Positions 1-13,584 of a stretch of 64,000 nt of DNA are shown piece by piece. The notes under the pieces are model-generated. The model searched no databases and had not been told where the DNA came from. It saw only the letters and a list, made by a program, of their open reading frames with translations. This stretch comes from Macrostomum lignano. Taxonomy: Eukaryota. Made by a program: the position numbers and the translations under genes. The stretch is from NCBI GenBank assembly GCA_002269645.1, contig NIVC01000553.1, forward strand, positions 94,554-158,553, in the 5' to 3' direction. The first letter of the stretch is position 1, and each line of letters opens with the position of its first letter.

Positions 1-178
1 TTGATCTCTCCTTGGATGCCAATATTCTCATTTATATTTCATTAGATGCCGCTGTTCTCTTTGATTTTTTAGTAGATGCCGCTATTCTCTTTAATCTTTC
101 AGTAAATGCCGCCTATCTTATACCCAGTTAAGCAGGCCCGTAAATCAGTCTAGTGCAACCAACCAACTGCACCCGCAG

Positions 179-589
179 AGCTCCGAGATTGAAGAGGACG
201 ATCCCGCTGGCCACCGCAAGGCGGTGTACGTGCAGACCTGTCGCCTATTCGCCGACCTGGAGAAACTGCGCCAGAACGAGGAGACCAGAGCCGCCAATGA
301 GAGGAAGCGCAAAGCGGTAGAAGAGGAGGCGGCAAAAGAAGCCAAAGAGCACCAGCGGGAGTGGCAGAAAAATTTTGAAGAATCTCGCCACGAACGAACT
401 CAGAGTTGGAGAAGCTTTAATGCAGCTGGGCCTGCTGCTGCTTCATCTGCCCCAGCCGCTGTTCCCAGCTCCGGAGAATCATTGCCTAAAAAGAAGAAAA
501 AAGCAAAGAAAGGCAAAGGCAATCAGTTAGGCTTCGGATTTCGACCGCCGAAGCATAAAGCTGAGGAGAGGCCTCAGAATCAGAGTTGA
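179..589 (+). CDS. DNAJC8: Terminal exon of DnaJ homolog subfamily C member 8 (upstream exons outside the window)
   Basis: Acceptor ...acccgcag| at 178. Translation EEDDPAGHRKAVYVQTCRLFADLE...ERKR...REWQKNFEESRHERTQSWRSF...FRPPKHKAE matches the remembered DNAJC8 C-terminus (EEDDP..KQAVYKQT.KLFAELE...REWQKNFEESRDGRV.SWR.F...FLRPPK.K.E). Stop at 587-589. Confidence 0.9.
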   Translation, partial: SSEIEEDDPAGHRKAVYVQTCRLFADLEKLRQNEETRAANERKRKAVEEEAAKEAKEHQREWQKNFEESRHERTQSWRSFNAAGPAAASSAPAAVPSSGESLPKKKKKAKKGKGNQLGFGFRPPKHKAEERPQNQS

Positions 590-721
590 ATCCAGTTTTG
601 CCGACTTGATGATCCCAGTTTAGTGCTTTTAATTTCTCGCCGTTCTGTTATAGCTGTTGCTGTTCTTGGCTTTGTTTCAGGAAAAGGAACCTTTTCTTTT
701 GCAATAATGGCTCTATCTCCC

Positions 722-940
722 ATGAAAATCGCCCTCTCTCCTATGAGAATCGCCCTCCATCTCCTATGAGAATCGCCCTCGATCTCCTATGAGAATCGCC
801 CTAGATCTCCTATGAGAATCGCCCTCCATCTCCTATGTGAATCGCCCTCCATATCCTATGAGAATCGCCCTCCATCTCCGATGAGAATTGCCCTCTCTCC
901 TATGAGAATCGCCCTTAATCTCCTATGAGAATCGTCCTTC
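722..940. repeat. Minisatellite, 21-23 bp unit ATCGCCCTCCATCTCCTATGAGA, about 10 copies
   Basis: Direct tandem repetition visible. Confidence 0.9.
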
Positions 941-1582
941 CTTTTGCTTAAATTATTAGTTTCTAAGAAGGTTCTTAGTCATGCGATTGAACATATAATA
1001 AAAACCGCAACTAAAATCTACTAGCCTACTGCATCGTAAATTTCAAGTAGTATGTGTCGAGTTTGCTTGTTTTTCTGTATTGTGCATTTTATATTTAGTA
1101 ATACCTAATTCTGCCTATGCATATAATAAATTTAAGGTGTCATCAGCAACGTCGTTTAACTAGGAAAGGTTTAGTGTAAAAAACTCATTTTATGCTAATT
1201 TTTGTCTAAACTTCATTGCTTCATGATGGCCTAAGGCTATTTTTTTAATGAGTTTTAACTGAACTTTACAATTGTAATTTCCTTAGCACATTTGCATAGG
1301 CAATTTCGATAAAATTCTCTACTTAGAATAGCTCTGCTCAAACTTTATAGTGTTGGGCAAATTTGTTCTCAGCTAGTATGCCTTCTCCTATCGTCTGTTA
1401 AGCTGCTTGAGTTCGCTTGGTAACTGCTCAGCTTATGTCGGAGATCCAGACTTTAGTATCGAGCTCAAATTTTTAATCCTATTTTTGCTATGTGCACTTT
1501 CTGTAGGCCTGGCCTTAAAGGCACACGCTATGAGGTTAATTTGATGCATTGGCTGCTACTTCTGGGTCTACGTGTGCTTGCC

Positions 1583-2337
1583 ACCAGCCTCCCAGATCCT
1601 CAGTTGCTGGGTCAGCCTCCCAGATCCTCAGTTGCTGGGCCAGCCTCCCAGATGCTCAGTTGCTGGATCAGCCTCCCAGAGTGTCAGTTGCTGGGCCAGC
1701 CTCCCAGATCCTCAGTTGCTGGACCAGCCTCCCAGATTCCTCAGTTGCTGGGCCACCAGCCTCCCAGATCCTCAATTGCTGGGCCAGCCTCCCAGATCCT
1801 CAATTGCTGGACCAGCCTCCCAGATCCTCAATTGCTGGGCCAGCCTCCTAGATCCTCAATTGCTGGGCCAGCCTCCCAGATCCTCAATTTCTGGGCCAGC
1901 CTCCCAGATCCTCAATTGCTGGGCCAGCCTCCCAGATCCTCAATTGCTGGGCCAGCCTCCCAGATCCTCAATTGCTGGGCCAGCCTCCCAGATCCTCAAT
2001 TGCTGGGCCAGCCTCCCAGATCCTCAATTGCTGGGCCAGCCTCCCAGATCCTCAATTGCTGGGCCAGCCTCCCAGATCCTCAATTGCTGGGCCAGCCTCC
2101 CAGATCCTCAATTGCTGGGCCAGCCTCCCAGATCCTCAATTGCTGGGCCAGCCTCCCAGATCCTCAATTTCTGGGCCAGCCTCCCAGATCCTCAATTGCT
2201 GGGCCAGCCTCCCAGATCCTCAATTGCTGGGCCAGCCTCCCAGATCCTCAATTGCTGGGCCAGCCTCCCAGATCCTCAATTGCTGGGCCAGCCTCCCAGA
2301 TCCTCAATTTCTGGGCCAGCCTCCCAGATCCTCAAGT
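1583..2337. repeat. Minisatellite, 28-bp unit CCAGCCTCCCAGATCCTCAATTGCTGGG, about 27 copies
   Basis: Tandem repetition; explains the repetitive ORFs at 1490-2435; reverse complement of the array at 41125-41590. Confidence 0.95.
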
Positions 2338-3199
2338 GTCCAATGCCACACTGCTGTAATCTAAATGATAAGACATCACGACCCCAGAAGCGTTGGTGCC
2401 TACTGGATTCTACCTTGTTTTTTTGCCAACCTTGACTACCCACTGGTCTTGCGATCCACCTTGCGATGTGGGTGGGATCTAAAAGGGAAAGTTTTCCCCT
2501 TAGCAGGCGGTCCTTGAACATGCGAGGGATTCGGCCTGGGGCCATTAGTCACGGCTGCATAATCTGTTATGGTTATCTGTGCATAACCCTCCCCCCCCCA
2601 ACTGTTCACGTGGTCAGCGAGGTTGCTGGGGGAAGGTGGGATCTGCTGGAATGACAGGGACAGGTGGTGACACTCTGGGGCAGGGGACGATTCGGTAAAA
2701 CTGCAGTTTAACACAGTTTACATGAGAAATATTAAGGTTTCTCCTCACCTCGTGCCTTGCTATCATCCATATCGAACGAATTTTGCTTTTGTTGGCTGCA
2801 TGGCGGTTTGCTTCGGAAAAGTTCAAAGGGAATACGAGCTATATGTAAAATATGATGATGGCGAACTTTCCAGGAGAACGAGAATTATCGATGAAGTGAA
2901 TATTCGCGGCTTGTCATATTATACATATTTATGCTTTGCTAAAATTCTCCAAATAATGCAAGCTGAAGTGTTGATCTAGCTAAGAGAAATGACATTGCAA
3001 TGCAAACTATTCTGTGTATGCCACGTTGGGGCCGGGTCCCTTGAAGGGAATTTATCCCATTCAGCGTCTACCGAACGCTGTTTAGTGAATTCCCTTCACT
3101 TCACCTGCTGCTGGGCATGGCGAATTTTTTTCTGACAGTGTTAAAGCGGTACTGCTGCACGGGTTGTGTGCTATTTTGCTGTGTAGCTGCACTGGTAGG

Positions 3200-3512
3200 T
3201 AGTTAGATAGAGAGATAGATAGGCAGACAGATAGATAGACAGACAAATAGATAGATACATACATAGATCGATAGATACATAGATAGATCGATAGATAGAT
3301 ACATACATAGATAGATAGATCAATAGATAGATAGATAGACAGACAGACAGATAGATAGACAGATAGACAGACAGACAGACAGATAGATAGACAGATAGAC
3401 AGACAGACAGATAGATATACCGACAGATAGATAGATAGATAGATAGGCAGACAGATAGATAGATAGATAGATAGACCGACAGATAGATAGATAGATAGAT
3501 AGGCAGACAGAT

Positions 3513-3554
<42 letters not shown>

Positions 3555-3803
3555 GCAGACAGATAGATAGATAGATAGATAGATAGGCAGACAGATAGAT
3601 AGATAGATAGATAGGGAGACAGATAGATAGACAGACAGATAGATAGACAGATAGACAGACAGATAGACCGACAGATAGATAGATAGATAGATAGATAGGC
3701 AGACAGATAAATAGATAGATAGATAGATAGATAGGCAGACAGATAGATACTCGTAGATAGATAGATAGGCAGACAGATAGATAGATAGGCAGACAGATAG
3801 ATA
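3200..3803. repeat. (GATA/GACA/GGCA)n microsatellite
   Basis: Tetranucleotide repetition. Confidence 0.95.
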
Positions 3804-4644
3804 GAAGAGTTGCCCAGTCGTCAAACGCAGGCACCCCTTCCCTGATTTTAAGCCTTCTGAGCTGCCACTACGCCATTTTAATCCGAGCGGTCTCACCTAC
3901 TCTCTGCAGCCCTGTCTTTAGCGAGAATGAAATCTCGCTAAATACCGCCTCTTACGAAAAAACTTGGTAGCTATGCCAACTTTGGCGAAGTGAACTGCAA
4001 GTGCTCAGATTGACCTGCTGCTTTGGCGGCGGCAAACATGAAAGACCTGGAGTATATATACCGTATGTATAAGAAAAGCCAGGTCAAATAGTGCTCCATT
4101 CTTCCGCGGATCTTGAAATCCTCTACACACTGAATTATATCCACCTGATCCTGATCACCCTTTCCCTTGTGAGCAGTGCTCAAGTTGTAGAAGCTTGGGT
4201 TAAGCGTTAAGGCAATAAATTTTCGATTTCTTCCCTGAAGCATCCTTTGTGTGGATGGTGCACATGCGGGTGAAAGGCACACGCATCCTTATAATTATCA
4301 ACAACACTGTGCGGGTACGAACGGTGTTCTCACTCCTCCCCCCTCTCTTTCTAACTTTCAGATTAGCCAACCCCTTTAGCTGATGGTAGATTAGCGCTGG
4401 CCTAGTTCCATAATTTAATTACACGTGTGTGTTCTCAAGTTTTAATGGTGCCTAAAAATTATGACCCTGTTCAAATAATACCCCTGCTAATCAGTGTTGC
4501 GCTGTTGTAAAATTATTGCCACGTAAGTTACACGTAGGTTGAGAGGCCATGTGCCTTGTAAAGACAGATCAAGGGAGCGATTTTGACATGCAAATTGATG
4601 AATACTTGGTACGTTAAAATAAATATATAGGCAACAAAGAAATA

Positions 4645-5218
4645 GGTGAGAGGGACTGGTAGATCAGGAGAGAGTGACGGGTAGGTCAGGGTAGAGTGAC
4701 TGGTAGATCAGGAGAGAGTGACGGGTAGGTCAGGAGAGAGTGACGGGTAGATCAGGGGACAGTGACTGGTAGATCAGGAGAGAGTGACTGGTAGATCAGG
4801 GGACAGTGACTGGTAGATCAAGAGAGAGTGACTGGTAGATCAGGAGAGAGTGACTGGTAGATCAGGAGAGAGTGACTGGTAGATCAGGAGAGAGTGACTG
4901 GTAGATCAGGAGAGAGTGACTGGTAGATCAGGAGAGAGTGACGGGTAGATCAGGAGAGGGTGACTGGTAGATCAGGAGAGAGTGACTGGTAGATCAGGAG
5001 AGAGTGACTGGTAGATCAGGAGAGAGTGACTGGTAGATCAGGAGAGAGTGACTGGTAGATCAGGAGAGAGTGACTGGTAGATCAGGAGAGAGTGACTGGT
5101 AGATCAGGAGAGAGTGACGGGTAGATCAGGAGAGGGTGACTGGTAGATCAGTAGACAGTGACTGGTAGATCAGGAGAGAGTGACTGGTAGATCAGTAGAC
5201 AGTGACTGGTAGATCAGC
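4645..5218. repeat. Minisatellite, 22-bp unit GACTGGTAGATCAGGAGAGAGT
   Basis: Tandem repetition. Confidence 0.95.
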
Positions 5219-5704
5219 AAAGAGTTCATTTATTGTTTAAAAGCGACTGCGGCAGATGTTGGCATTGCCAAAACTCCCGGATTAGAAAGTGTCCTTTAGC
5301 TCGTCAACTGACGCGAAGGCTTAATGAAGCTCGCGAAGCTGAGTCTGCCGAAATAAGCGCGGGTTTACTCTAAAATATTCATAATTAAATCGATCTATCG
5401 ACTGTTTATCTCAACCCCTCGCGCGCTTCCAGTGAACACTGTCCAGTCAGTTACCATCCACAACACAGCAACCCCCAAGCCCCAAATTCGAAGTGCGCTG
5501 CGCATATTTTTATAACTCGAATGCAGAACGGGGGACTGTCGGTAGTTAGGCTGCCAGTGTCTTTTTTACCAAAAATTAGGGCGGCTTTTTGAACAAAGGA
5601 TTGCAGCGTGACGGCTCATTGGCAAAGATGGATGACATTTCTGGTAAGATCTTATTAAACTGTCTGCCCATTTTTGTAGACTTTTACTGTAGCAGACGTT
5701 GATT

Positions 5705-6285
5705 TTAGTGGCGCCGTCTCTGACTTTGACTGTTGTGGCGCCGTGTCTGACTTTGATTGTGTTGGCGCCGTGTCTGACTTTGATTGTGTTGGCGCCGTGT
5801 CTGACTTTGATTGTGTTGGCGCCGTGTCTGACTTTGATTGTGTTGGCGCCGTGTCTGACTTTGATTGTTGTAGCGCCGTGTCTGACTTTTATTGTGTTGG
5901 CGCTGTGTCTGGCTTTGATTGTGTTGGCGCCGTGTCTGACTTTGATTGTGTTGGCGCCGTGTCTGACTTTGATTGTGTTGGCGCGGTCTCTGACTTTGAT
6001 TGTTTTGGCGCCGTGTCTGACTTTGATTGTTGTGGCGCCGTGTCTGACTTTGATTGTTGTAGCGCCGTGTCTGACTTTGATTGTTGTGGCGCCGTGTCTG
6101 ACTTTGATTGTTGTGGCGCCGTGTCTGACTTTGATTGTTGTGGCGCCGTGTCTGACTTTGATTGTTGTGGCGCCGTGTCTGACCTTGATTGTTGTAACGC
6201 CGTGTCTGACCTTGATTGTTGTGGTGCCGTGTCTGACCTTGATTGTTTTGGCGCCGTCTCTGAATTTTATTGTGTTGGCGCCGTC
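5705..6285. repeat. Minisatellite, 27-bp unit GGCGCCGTGTCTGACTTTGATTGTGTT
   Basis: Tandem repetition; same family at 9650-10400. Confidence 0.95.
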
Positions 6286-6289
6286 TTTA

Positions 6290-7850
6290 GCGCCACAACA
6301 GACGCTGTAGAGCGCCACAACGGTACAGACACTGGAATATTAGCGGCACAACATGCACTGAAGAGCGCCACAACTCACTGGAGAGCGCCACAACAGGCAC
6401 TGGAGAGCGCCACAACACACTGGAGAGCGCCACAACACACTGAAGAGCGCCACAACAGGCACTGGAGAGCGCCACAAAAGGCACTAGTGAGCGCCACAAC
6501 ACACTGAAAAGCGCCACAACAGGAACTGGAGAGTGTCACAACACACTGGAGAGCGCCACAACACACTGGAGAGCGCCACAACACACTGGAGAGCGCCACA
6601 ACACACTGGAGAGTGCCACAACACACTGGAGAGTGCCACAACACACTGGAGAGCGCCACAACAGGCACTGGAGAGCGCCACAACAGGCACTGGAGAACGC
6701 CACAAAAGGCACTAGTGAGCGCCACAACACACTGAAGAGCGCCACAACAGGCACTAGTGAGCGCCACAACACACTGGAGAGCGCCACAACAGGCACTAAT
6801 GAGCGCCACAGCACACTGAAGAGCGCCACAACAGGCACTAATGAGCGCCACAGCACACTGAAGAGCGCCACAACAGGCACTGGAGAGTGTCACAACACAC
6901 TGGAGAGCGTCACAACACACTGGAGAGCGCCACAACACACTGGAGAGCGCCACAACACACTGGAGAGCGCAACAACACACTGGAGAGTGCCACAACACAC
7001 TGGAGAGCGCCACAGCACACTGAAGAGCGCCACAACAGGCACTGGAGAGTGTCACAACACACTGGAGAGCGTCACAACACACTAGAGAGCGCCACAACAC
7101 ACTGGAGAGCGCCACAACACACTGGAGAGCGCCACAACACACTGGAGAGTGCCACAACACACTGGAGAGCGCCACAACACACTGGAGAGCGCCACAACAC
7201 ACTGGAGAGTGCCACAACACACTGGAGAGCGCCACAACACACTGGAGAACGCCACAACAGGCACTGGAGAGTGTCACAACACACTGGAGAGCGTCACAAC
7301 AGGCACTGGAGAGTGTCACAACACACTGGAGAACGCCACAACAGGCACTGGAGAGTGTCACAACACACTGGAGAGCGTCACAACACACTGGAGAGCGCCA
7401 CAACACACTGGAGAGCGCCACAACAGGCACTGGAGAGCGCCACAACAGGCACTGGAGAGCGCCACAAAAGGCACTAGTGAGCGCCACAACACACTGAAAA
7501 GCGCCACAACAGGCACTGGAGAGTGTCACAACACACTGGAGAGCGTCACAACACACTGGAGAGCGCCACAAAAGTCACTAGAGAGCGCCACAACAGGCAC
7601 TGGAGAGTGTCACAACACACTGGAGAGCGTCACAACACACTGGAGAGCGCCACAAAAGTCACTAGAGAGCGCCACAACAGGCACTGGAGAGTGTCACAAC
7701 ACACTGGAGAGCGTCACAACACACTGGAGAGCGCCACAAAAGTCACTAGAGAGCGCCACAACAGGCACTGGAGAGTATCACAACACACTGGAGAGCGTCA
7801 CAACACACTGGAGAGCGCCACAAAAGTCACTAGAGAGCGCCACAACAGAC
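6290..7850. repeat. Minisatellite, 20/23-bp units GAGCGCCACAACACACTGGA and GAGCGCCACAACAGGCACTGGA-type variants
   Basis: Tandem repetition with higher-order variants. Confidence 0.95.
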
Positions 7851-8129
7851 ACCACAATTCTAGCGCCCTATATGCACTAATTTTAGTCCAAACCACTCTC
7901 TATAGGCTACAGCTTTTTATGGCCTTCGGAGACGAGACTTGGAACTGCAAAATGTGTAGACAGGCCGGGGCGAACAGAAATCATTTCTTTTCAACACACA
8001 CTCGAGAAAGGATGAGTTGGGAGAAGGAAATTGCGGACGAGCTCTCCTCTTTTGCTTTAGCGGAGGCAGGGCATCCCGTCCTGCTCTGCTTTTTAATCGG
8101 TCTGATGGTTGCTCCATCTACTTCGACTT

Positions 8130-10752
8130 TGTGGCCTGGTTTTGCTTATCCACTCTCTGGCTGCATGGATGGGCCCTCCGGGGGTCGGGACTGTTTGGAT
8201 GCGAGCTGACCATCTCCCGCCAGAGTTTGCTCAGCTCCAGGAAAAACTGGTCCAGAGTTGAACTTTAATTATACTACTATTGAGTTTAAATTGTGTTGTT
8301 TTCTGATTGAAAAAGTTCATCTTGTGTACCTGATTGTGCTTTTATTACTGGGAAGGCTCATTTTTGTGTTGATGTCGGGTATCAAGTAATAGTTTTTCCC
8401 CTCTGTGAATTTAATGATCCTAGTGGGGTTGGGAAAGCTAAAAGAGGGGAGAGGATAAAGGAGATGGATGAGAGGAAATGAGGGAGCTGGAAGACAGGAA
8501 AAAATGGAGAGGGGAAAAGAGAAGAGAGAGGAGAGAGGAGATGAGCGGAGATAGAGCAGAGACCAAAGGGTAAAGAGAGAAGAGGGGAGAGGAGAAGATC
8601 GGAGAGGAGAGGAGAGAGAAGAGGGGAGAGGAGAGGGAGAGAGTAGAGAGAGAAGAGGGGAGGGAAGTGAGAAGAGAGGAGATGAGCGGAGATAGAGCAG
8701 AGACTAGAAAGTATAGAGAGAAGAGGGGAAAGCAGAAGATCGGAGAGGAGAGGGGAGAGAGGAGAGGGGAGAGAGGAGAGGGGAGAGAGGAGAGGGGAGA
8801 GAGGAGAGGGGAGAAGGGAGAGAGAGGAGAGAGAAGAGAGGAGAGAGGAGAGGGGATAGGAGAGGAGAAAGGAGAGGAGAGAGGAGAGGGGAGAGAGAGG
8901 AGAGAGGAGAGGAGAGGAGAGAGCTAGGAGAGAGAGCCGGGAGGAGAGGGGAGAGAGTAGAGAGAGAAGAGGGGAGGGATGAGAGAAGAGAGGAGAGAGG
9001 AGATGAGCGGAGACTAGAAAGTATAGAGAGAAGAGGGGAAAGCAGAAGATCGGAGAGGAGAGGGAAGAGGAGAGAGCTAGAAGAGAGCGAGCCGGGGGGA
9101 GAGGGAGAGAGTAGAGAGAGAAGAGGGGAGGGATGAGAGAAGAGAGGAAAAGGGACAATAGCGAAAGAAAAGAAGGTAAGATAGAGAGAGATATACAATT
9201 TTATATATAATTTAGGATGCTGGAAGACATCAGAGAGATAAGGTGGAGCAGGGAAGAGAAATGTGAATGAGAATAAAGAAGTATTGCACGAGACGCCACA
9301 GAGATGTCCGCATCAGTCGCTGCAGTCCACACCCCTCAGAACTGAGCACTTGTAGGCTCGCATCAGAAGCGGCAATAAGTTCTCAATATTCCAAAAAAGT
9401 TGACTGAAAAAAACAAAGCACAAACGGATGGTAATGACCCAAGCTTTGGGTTTTTCAGTATTGCTTTTAGCTAGCGTGATGATCAATTCGTAAAAGGTGA
9501 CAGTAGACGATACAATGTCACGCAAACTAAACAAAACACTGTTGATGTCCACTGAGCTTAATGGGACTACTCAGACTCGGGGTCATCAGTTATTTTCAAA
9601 ATAGCGTCTTTTTATTGTCAGTTTTGGGAGAACTCGAAATTTTCTATTGACTTCGATTGTGTTGGCGCCGTCTGTGACTTTGATTGTGTTGGCGCCGTGT
9701 CTGACTTTGATTGTGTTGGCGCCGTCTGTGACTTTGATTGTGTTGGCGCCGTGTCTGACTTTGATTGTGTTGGCGCCGTGTCTGACTTTGAATGTGTTGG
9801 CGCCGTGTCTGACTTTGATTGTTGTGGCGCCGTGTCTGACTTTGATTGTTGTGGCGCCGTGTCTGACTTTGATTGTGTTGGCGCCGTCTCTGACTTTGAT
9901 TGTTATGGCGCCGTGTCTGACTTTGATTGCTGTGGCGCCGTCTCTGACTTTGATTGTGTTGGCGCCGTCTCTGACTTTGATTGTTATGGCGCCGTGTCTG
10001 ACTTTGATTGCTGTGGCGCCGTCTCTGACTTTGATTGTTATGGCGCCGTGTCTGACTTTGATTGTGTTGGCGCCGTGTCTGACTTTGAATGTGTTGGCGC
10101 CGTGTCTGACTTTGATTGTTGTGGCGCCGTGTCTGACTTTGATTGCTGTGGCGCCGTCTCTGACTTTGATTGTGTTGGCGCCGTCTCTGACTTTGATTGT
10201 GTTGGCGCCCTGTCTGACTTTGATTGTGTTGGCGCCTTCTCTGACTTTGAATGTGTTGGCGCCGTGTCTGAATTTGATTGTGTTGGCGCCGTGTCTGACT
10301 TTGATTGTGTTGGCGCCGTGTCTGACTTTGATTGTGTTGGCGCCGTGTCTGACTTTGATTGTGTTGGCGCCCGTCTCTGACTTTGATTTTAGCGCCACAA
10401 CAGACATAAAGGGCCGACCTTCCAGGCCCAGAAGCAGCCCAAATTTTGTCGTTAATATGCCAAGTGGCGGTTCAGCAACCCCGAGTTGGTTAACGAACTT
10501 TGACGCACTCCCGTTTCTAGCCATTAGCACCTCGAGACAGGCTATCAGTCTGGCTTGAAGTCCCATCTGGGAGTCTTGTAACACAGCAGTATATAACATA
10601 GGGTCAGGAACAGCCAGTGCTTTTATGACTTTATAGAATTCGGTTCCGCGTTCGAGCTTGACAACTTGAGGAGAAGAGAGCGACACCTCACGCAAACATG
10701 TGGCATTTTCGAGTCTAGATGATGCAACAAATTTCCCAACCAGCCTCTGCAT
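8130..10752 (-). CDS. Candidate exons of an unidentified minus-strand gene (about 10752-10410, 9551-9345, 8265-8130)
   Basis: Non-repetitive open frames with helical-protein character (VVKLERGTEFYKVIKALAVPDPMLYTAVLQ..., VDINSVLFSLRDIVSS..., STLDQFFLELSKLWREM...stop). Phases can be joined but donor sites are weak, and no family is recognised. Confidence 0.3.
8445..9195. repeat. GA-rich low-complexity (GAGAG/GGAGA) simple repeat
   Basis: Purine-only tract. Confidence 0.9.
9650..10400. repeat. Minisatellite, 27-bp GGCGCC unit (same family as 5705-6285)
   Basis: Tandem repetition, same orientation and unit as 5705-6285. Confidence 0.95.
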
Positions 10753-10934
10753 TGCATAATTAATCAGGCAGATGAAGCTGCAAGCGACAACTAGCTCGTA
10801 TATTATTAACTTGTATCAGAGTAAAAGAGACACAATATGCACTGCAAGTGAAGCTTGATGCAACCTTGGCTGTGACTTCAGATAACCTCATTGGCTTTCG
10901 CTAAGGCAAAGGTCACCCAGGGTCTGGCAAGTTG

Positions 10935-11110
10935 CATCTCTTCTCTCCCTTCTCCTCTCCTCTCCCTTCTCCTCTCTTCTCTTCTCTCCCTCTCTCTCCC
11001 CTCTCCTCTCCTTTATCTACTCCTCTCTCCTCTCTTCTCCCCATCTTATCTCTCATCGCTGTACTGTCCTATCTTTCCTTCTATCGTGTCTTCTCTCACC
11101 TCTCCCCTCT
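10935..11110. repeat. CT-rich simple repeat
   Basis: Pyrimidine tract. Confidence 0.8.
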
Positions 11111-11619
11111 ATTCTAAGATGCGTTCACAGCAATCGACAGAATCGGAGCTAGCACTGAAAAATCAGAGAACAAATACACTCTTATATCGGTCTGTTAAAT
11201 CTGAAGTGGTCAATAAAATACATCAGCTAGTTAGCAAATATCATCGGAATATATTTATATATATAGGAAGAAACGGATGCTCAGCTGGTTCCTTTTTTGA
11301 GCTGAGCCGCGCTGTCCAGGGTGGGGTTGGGAGGGAGAGAGAGAGAAGTCTCAGCAGAGCCAATGGACAGCAACTCCCATTCATGGGTTTGGAGCTATCG
11401 GCAGAGTTGTATAAAAGTATCCCTTAGTTAGCATCGTTTTCTACCTCTCAAAAGCGAAGTTGAATTTCTAAAATTCTATATTCAACAATCGTAATATAGT
11501 TTTTAGCCATAGCTTTGCTCAGCCAATGGTGGAACTGAAGATTTCTGATGTCACTGTCTATGCTGGTGAGCCTCCCTTGCTTTGTGATTGATTGCTGTCA
11601 AGTACCGCACACTCAGGGG

Positions 11620-12750
11620 CAGATGATGAGAGAGTGGGATGAGGAAAGAGTGGGATAAGGAGAGAATGAGATGGTGAGATAGTGAGATGAGGAGAGAGTG
11701 AGTTGGGGAGAGAGTGAGATGGAGAGAGAGTGAGATGGAGAGAGAGTGAGATAAGGAGAGAGTGAGATGATGAGAGTGAAATGAGGAGAGAGTGAGATGG
11801 AGAGAGAGTGAGATGATGAGAGTGAAATGAGGAGAGAGTGAGATGAAGAGAGAGTGAAATGATGAGAGTGAAATGAGGAGAGAGTGAGATGAAGAGAGAG
11901 TGAGATAAGGAGAGAGTGAGATGATGAGAGTGAAATGAGGAGAGAGTGAGATGGAGAGAGAGTGAGATGATGAGAGTGAAATGAGGAGAGAGTGAGATGA
12001 TGAGAGTGAAATGTGGAGAGAGTGAGATAAGGGGAGAGTGAGATGATGAGAGTGAAATGAGGAGAGAGTGAGATGGAGAGAGAGTGAGATGATGAGAGTG
12101 AAATGAGGAGAGAGTGAGATGGAGAGAGAGTGAGATAAGGAGAGAGTGAGTTTGTAAGAGAGTGAGATGAGGTGAGAGTGAGATAATGAGAATAAGATGG
12201 TGAGAGTGAGATTGTGAGAGAGTTAGATGAGAAGAGAGTGAGATGGAGAGAGTGAGATAAGGAGAGAGTGAGATGATGAGAGTGAAATGAGGAGAGAGTG
12301 AGATGATGAGAGTGAAATGAGGAGAGAGTGAGATGGAGAGAGAGTGAGATGATGAGAGTGAAATGAGGAGAGAGTGAGATGGAGAGAGAGTGAGATGATG
12401 AGAGTGAAATGAGGAGAGAGTGAGATGGAGAGAGAATGAGATGATGAGAGTGAAATGAGGAGAGAGTGATATGGAGAGAGAGTGAGATTGTGAGAGTCAG
12501 ATGGTGAGAGTGAGATTGTGAGAAAGGGACATGAGGAGAGAGTGAGATGGTGAGAGTAAGATAGTGAGAGTGAGATGGTGAAAGAGTGAGATGGTGAGAT
12601 AGTGAGATGAGGAGAGAGTGAGATTGTGAGAGAGTTAGATGAGGAGAGAGTGAGATGGTAAGAGAGTGAGTTGAGGAGAGAATGAGATAAGTAGAGAGTG
12701 AGGGAGAATGAGAGAGTGAGAAGGAGGGTGATGTAGGAGATGATAGAGGA
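11620..12750. repeat. GA-rich minisatellite built from GAGAGTGAGATG / GAGAGTGAAATGAG modules
   Basis: Degenerate tandem repetition. Confidence 0.9.
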
Positions 12751-13189
12751 GTATGGACACAAATTTCCCTATGTGCCAGGAACACATACAAACAAGTAAT
12801 TTAACAAAAACTGCTTTAGCAATTTTCTTCCGGAAGAGAAAAGCTTCTATCATAGATAATTTGTACCAGAAAGCAGAAAAATTGGTTGGCCAGCAGATGT
12901 TGTCTTTTAGGGGCAGAAAATTGTCACAAAATTGCTGTTTTTCTGTGTCCGACAATCCTCCCGGCAATTTTCCTTGGAGTCTCAGGTGCTTAAAATTTTT
13001 TTTGCTAGCGGCAAGAAGATTTCGCAGCTTTTATGATTGATAAACAATCTAGTTTAGCGCGAAACGACGACAGTTTTTTTCGGCTAATTTGAAATGTAAT
13101 TAATCTGATAAAACTCGCGAAATTTTATATTTCTACATTTCTACTCTAAGTAGTGCAGTTTCCCTTTTTTCCCTTTTTTCCCAATTTCC

Positions 13190-13460
13190 ATTTTTTGTCG
13201 CCAATTTCCAACTTTTATCGCCATTTGCCAACTTTGGCGCCATTTCAAAGATACCTTGGCGCCATTTGCCACCTTTGGCGCCATTTCAAAGATACCTTGG
13301 CGCCATTTGCCACCTTTGGCGCCATTTGCCACCTTTGGCGCCATTTCAAAGATACCTTGGCGCCATTTGCCACCTTTGGCACCATCTCTAATCCTTTTGG
13401 CGCCATTTGCCCCAGTTCGGATGCCACTTTTCGTATTTGGTGCCATTTCCAGTCTTTAGC
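13190..13460. repeat. Minisatellite of TTGGCGCCATTT-core units (20-22 bp)
   Basis: Repeated TTGGCGCCATTTGCCACCTT and TTGGCGCCATTTCAAAGATACC. Confidence 0.85.
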
Positions 13461-13584
13461 GCCATCTCTGTGACGCCATTCCAGCCGGATTTGGTGGTGG
13501 CTGCACGACAATTTTATCGAAAATAGAGTTTGAAAAAAGAAAAGCAAATAAATTTTTTGGATGTTTCCAAAAGTTTTCATTTTT

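Noticed and set aside
2722-4282. ORFs 2722-2979 (+) and 3971-4282 (-) as named genes
   Set aside because: No recognisable family motif or convincing splice support
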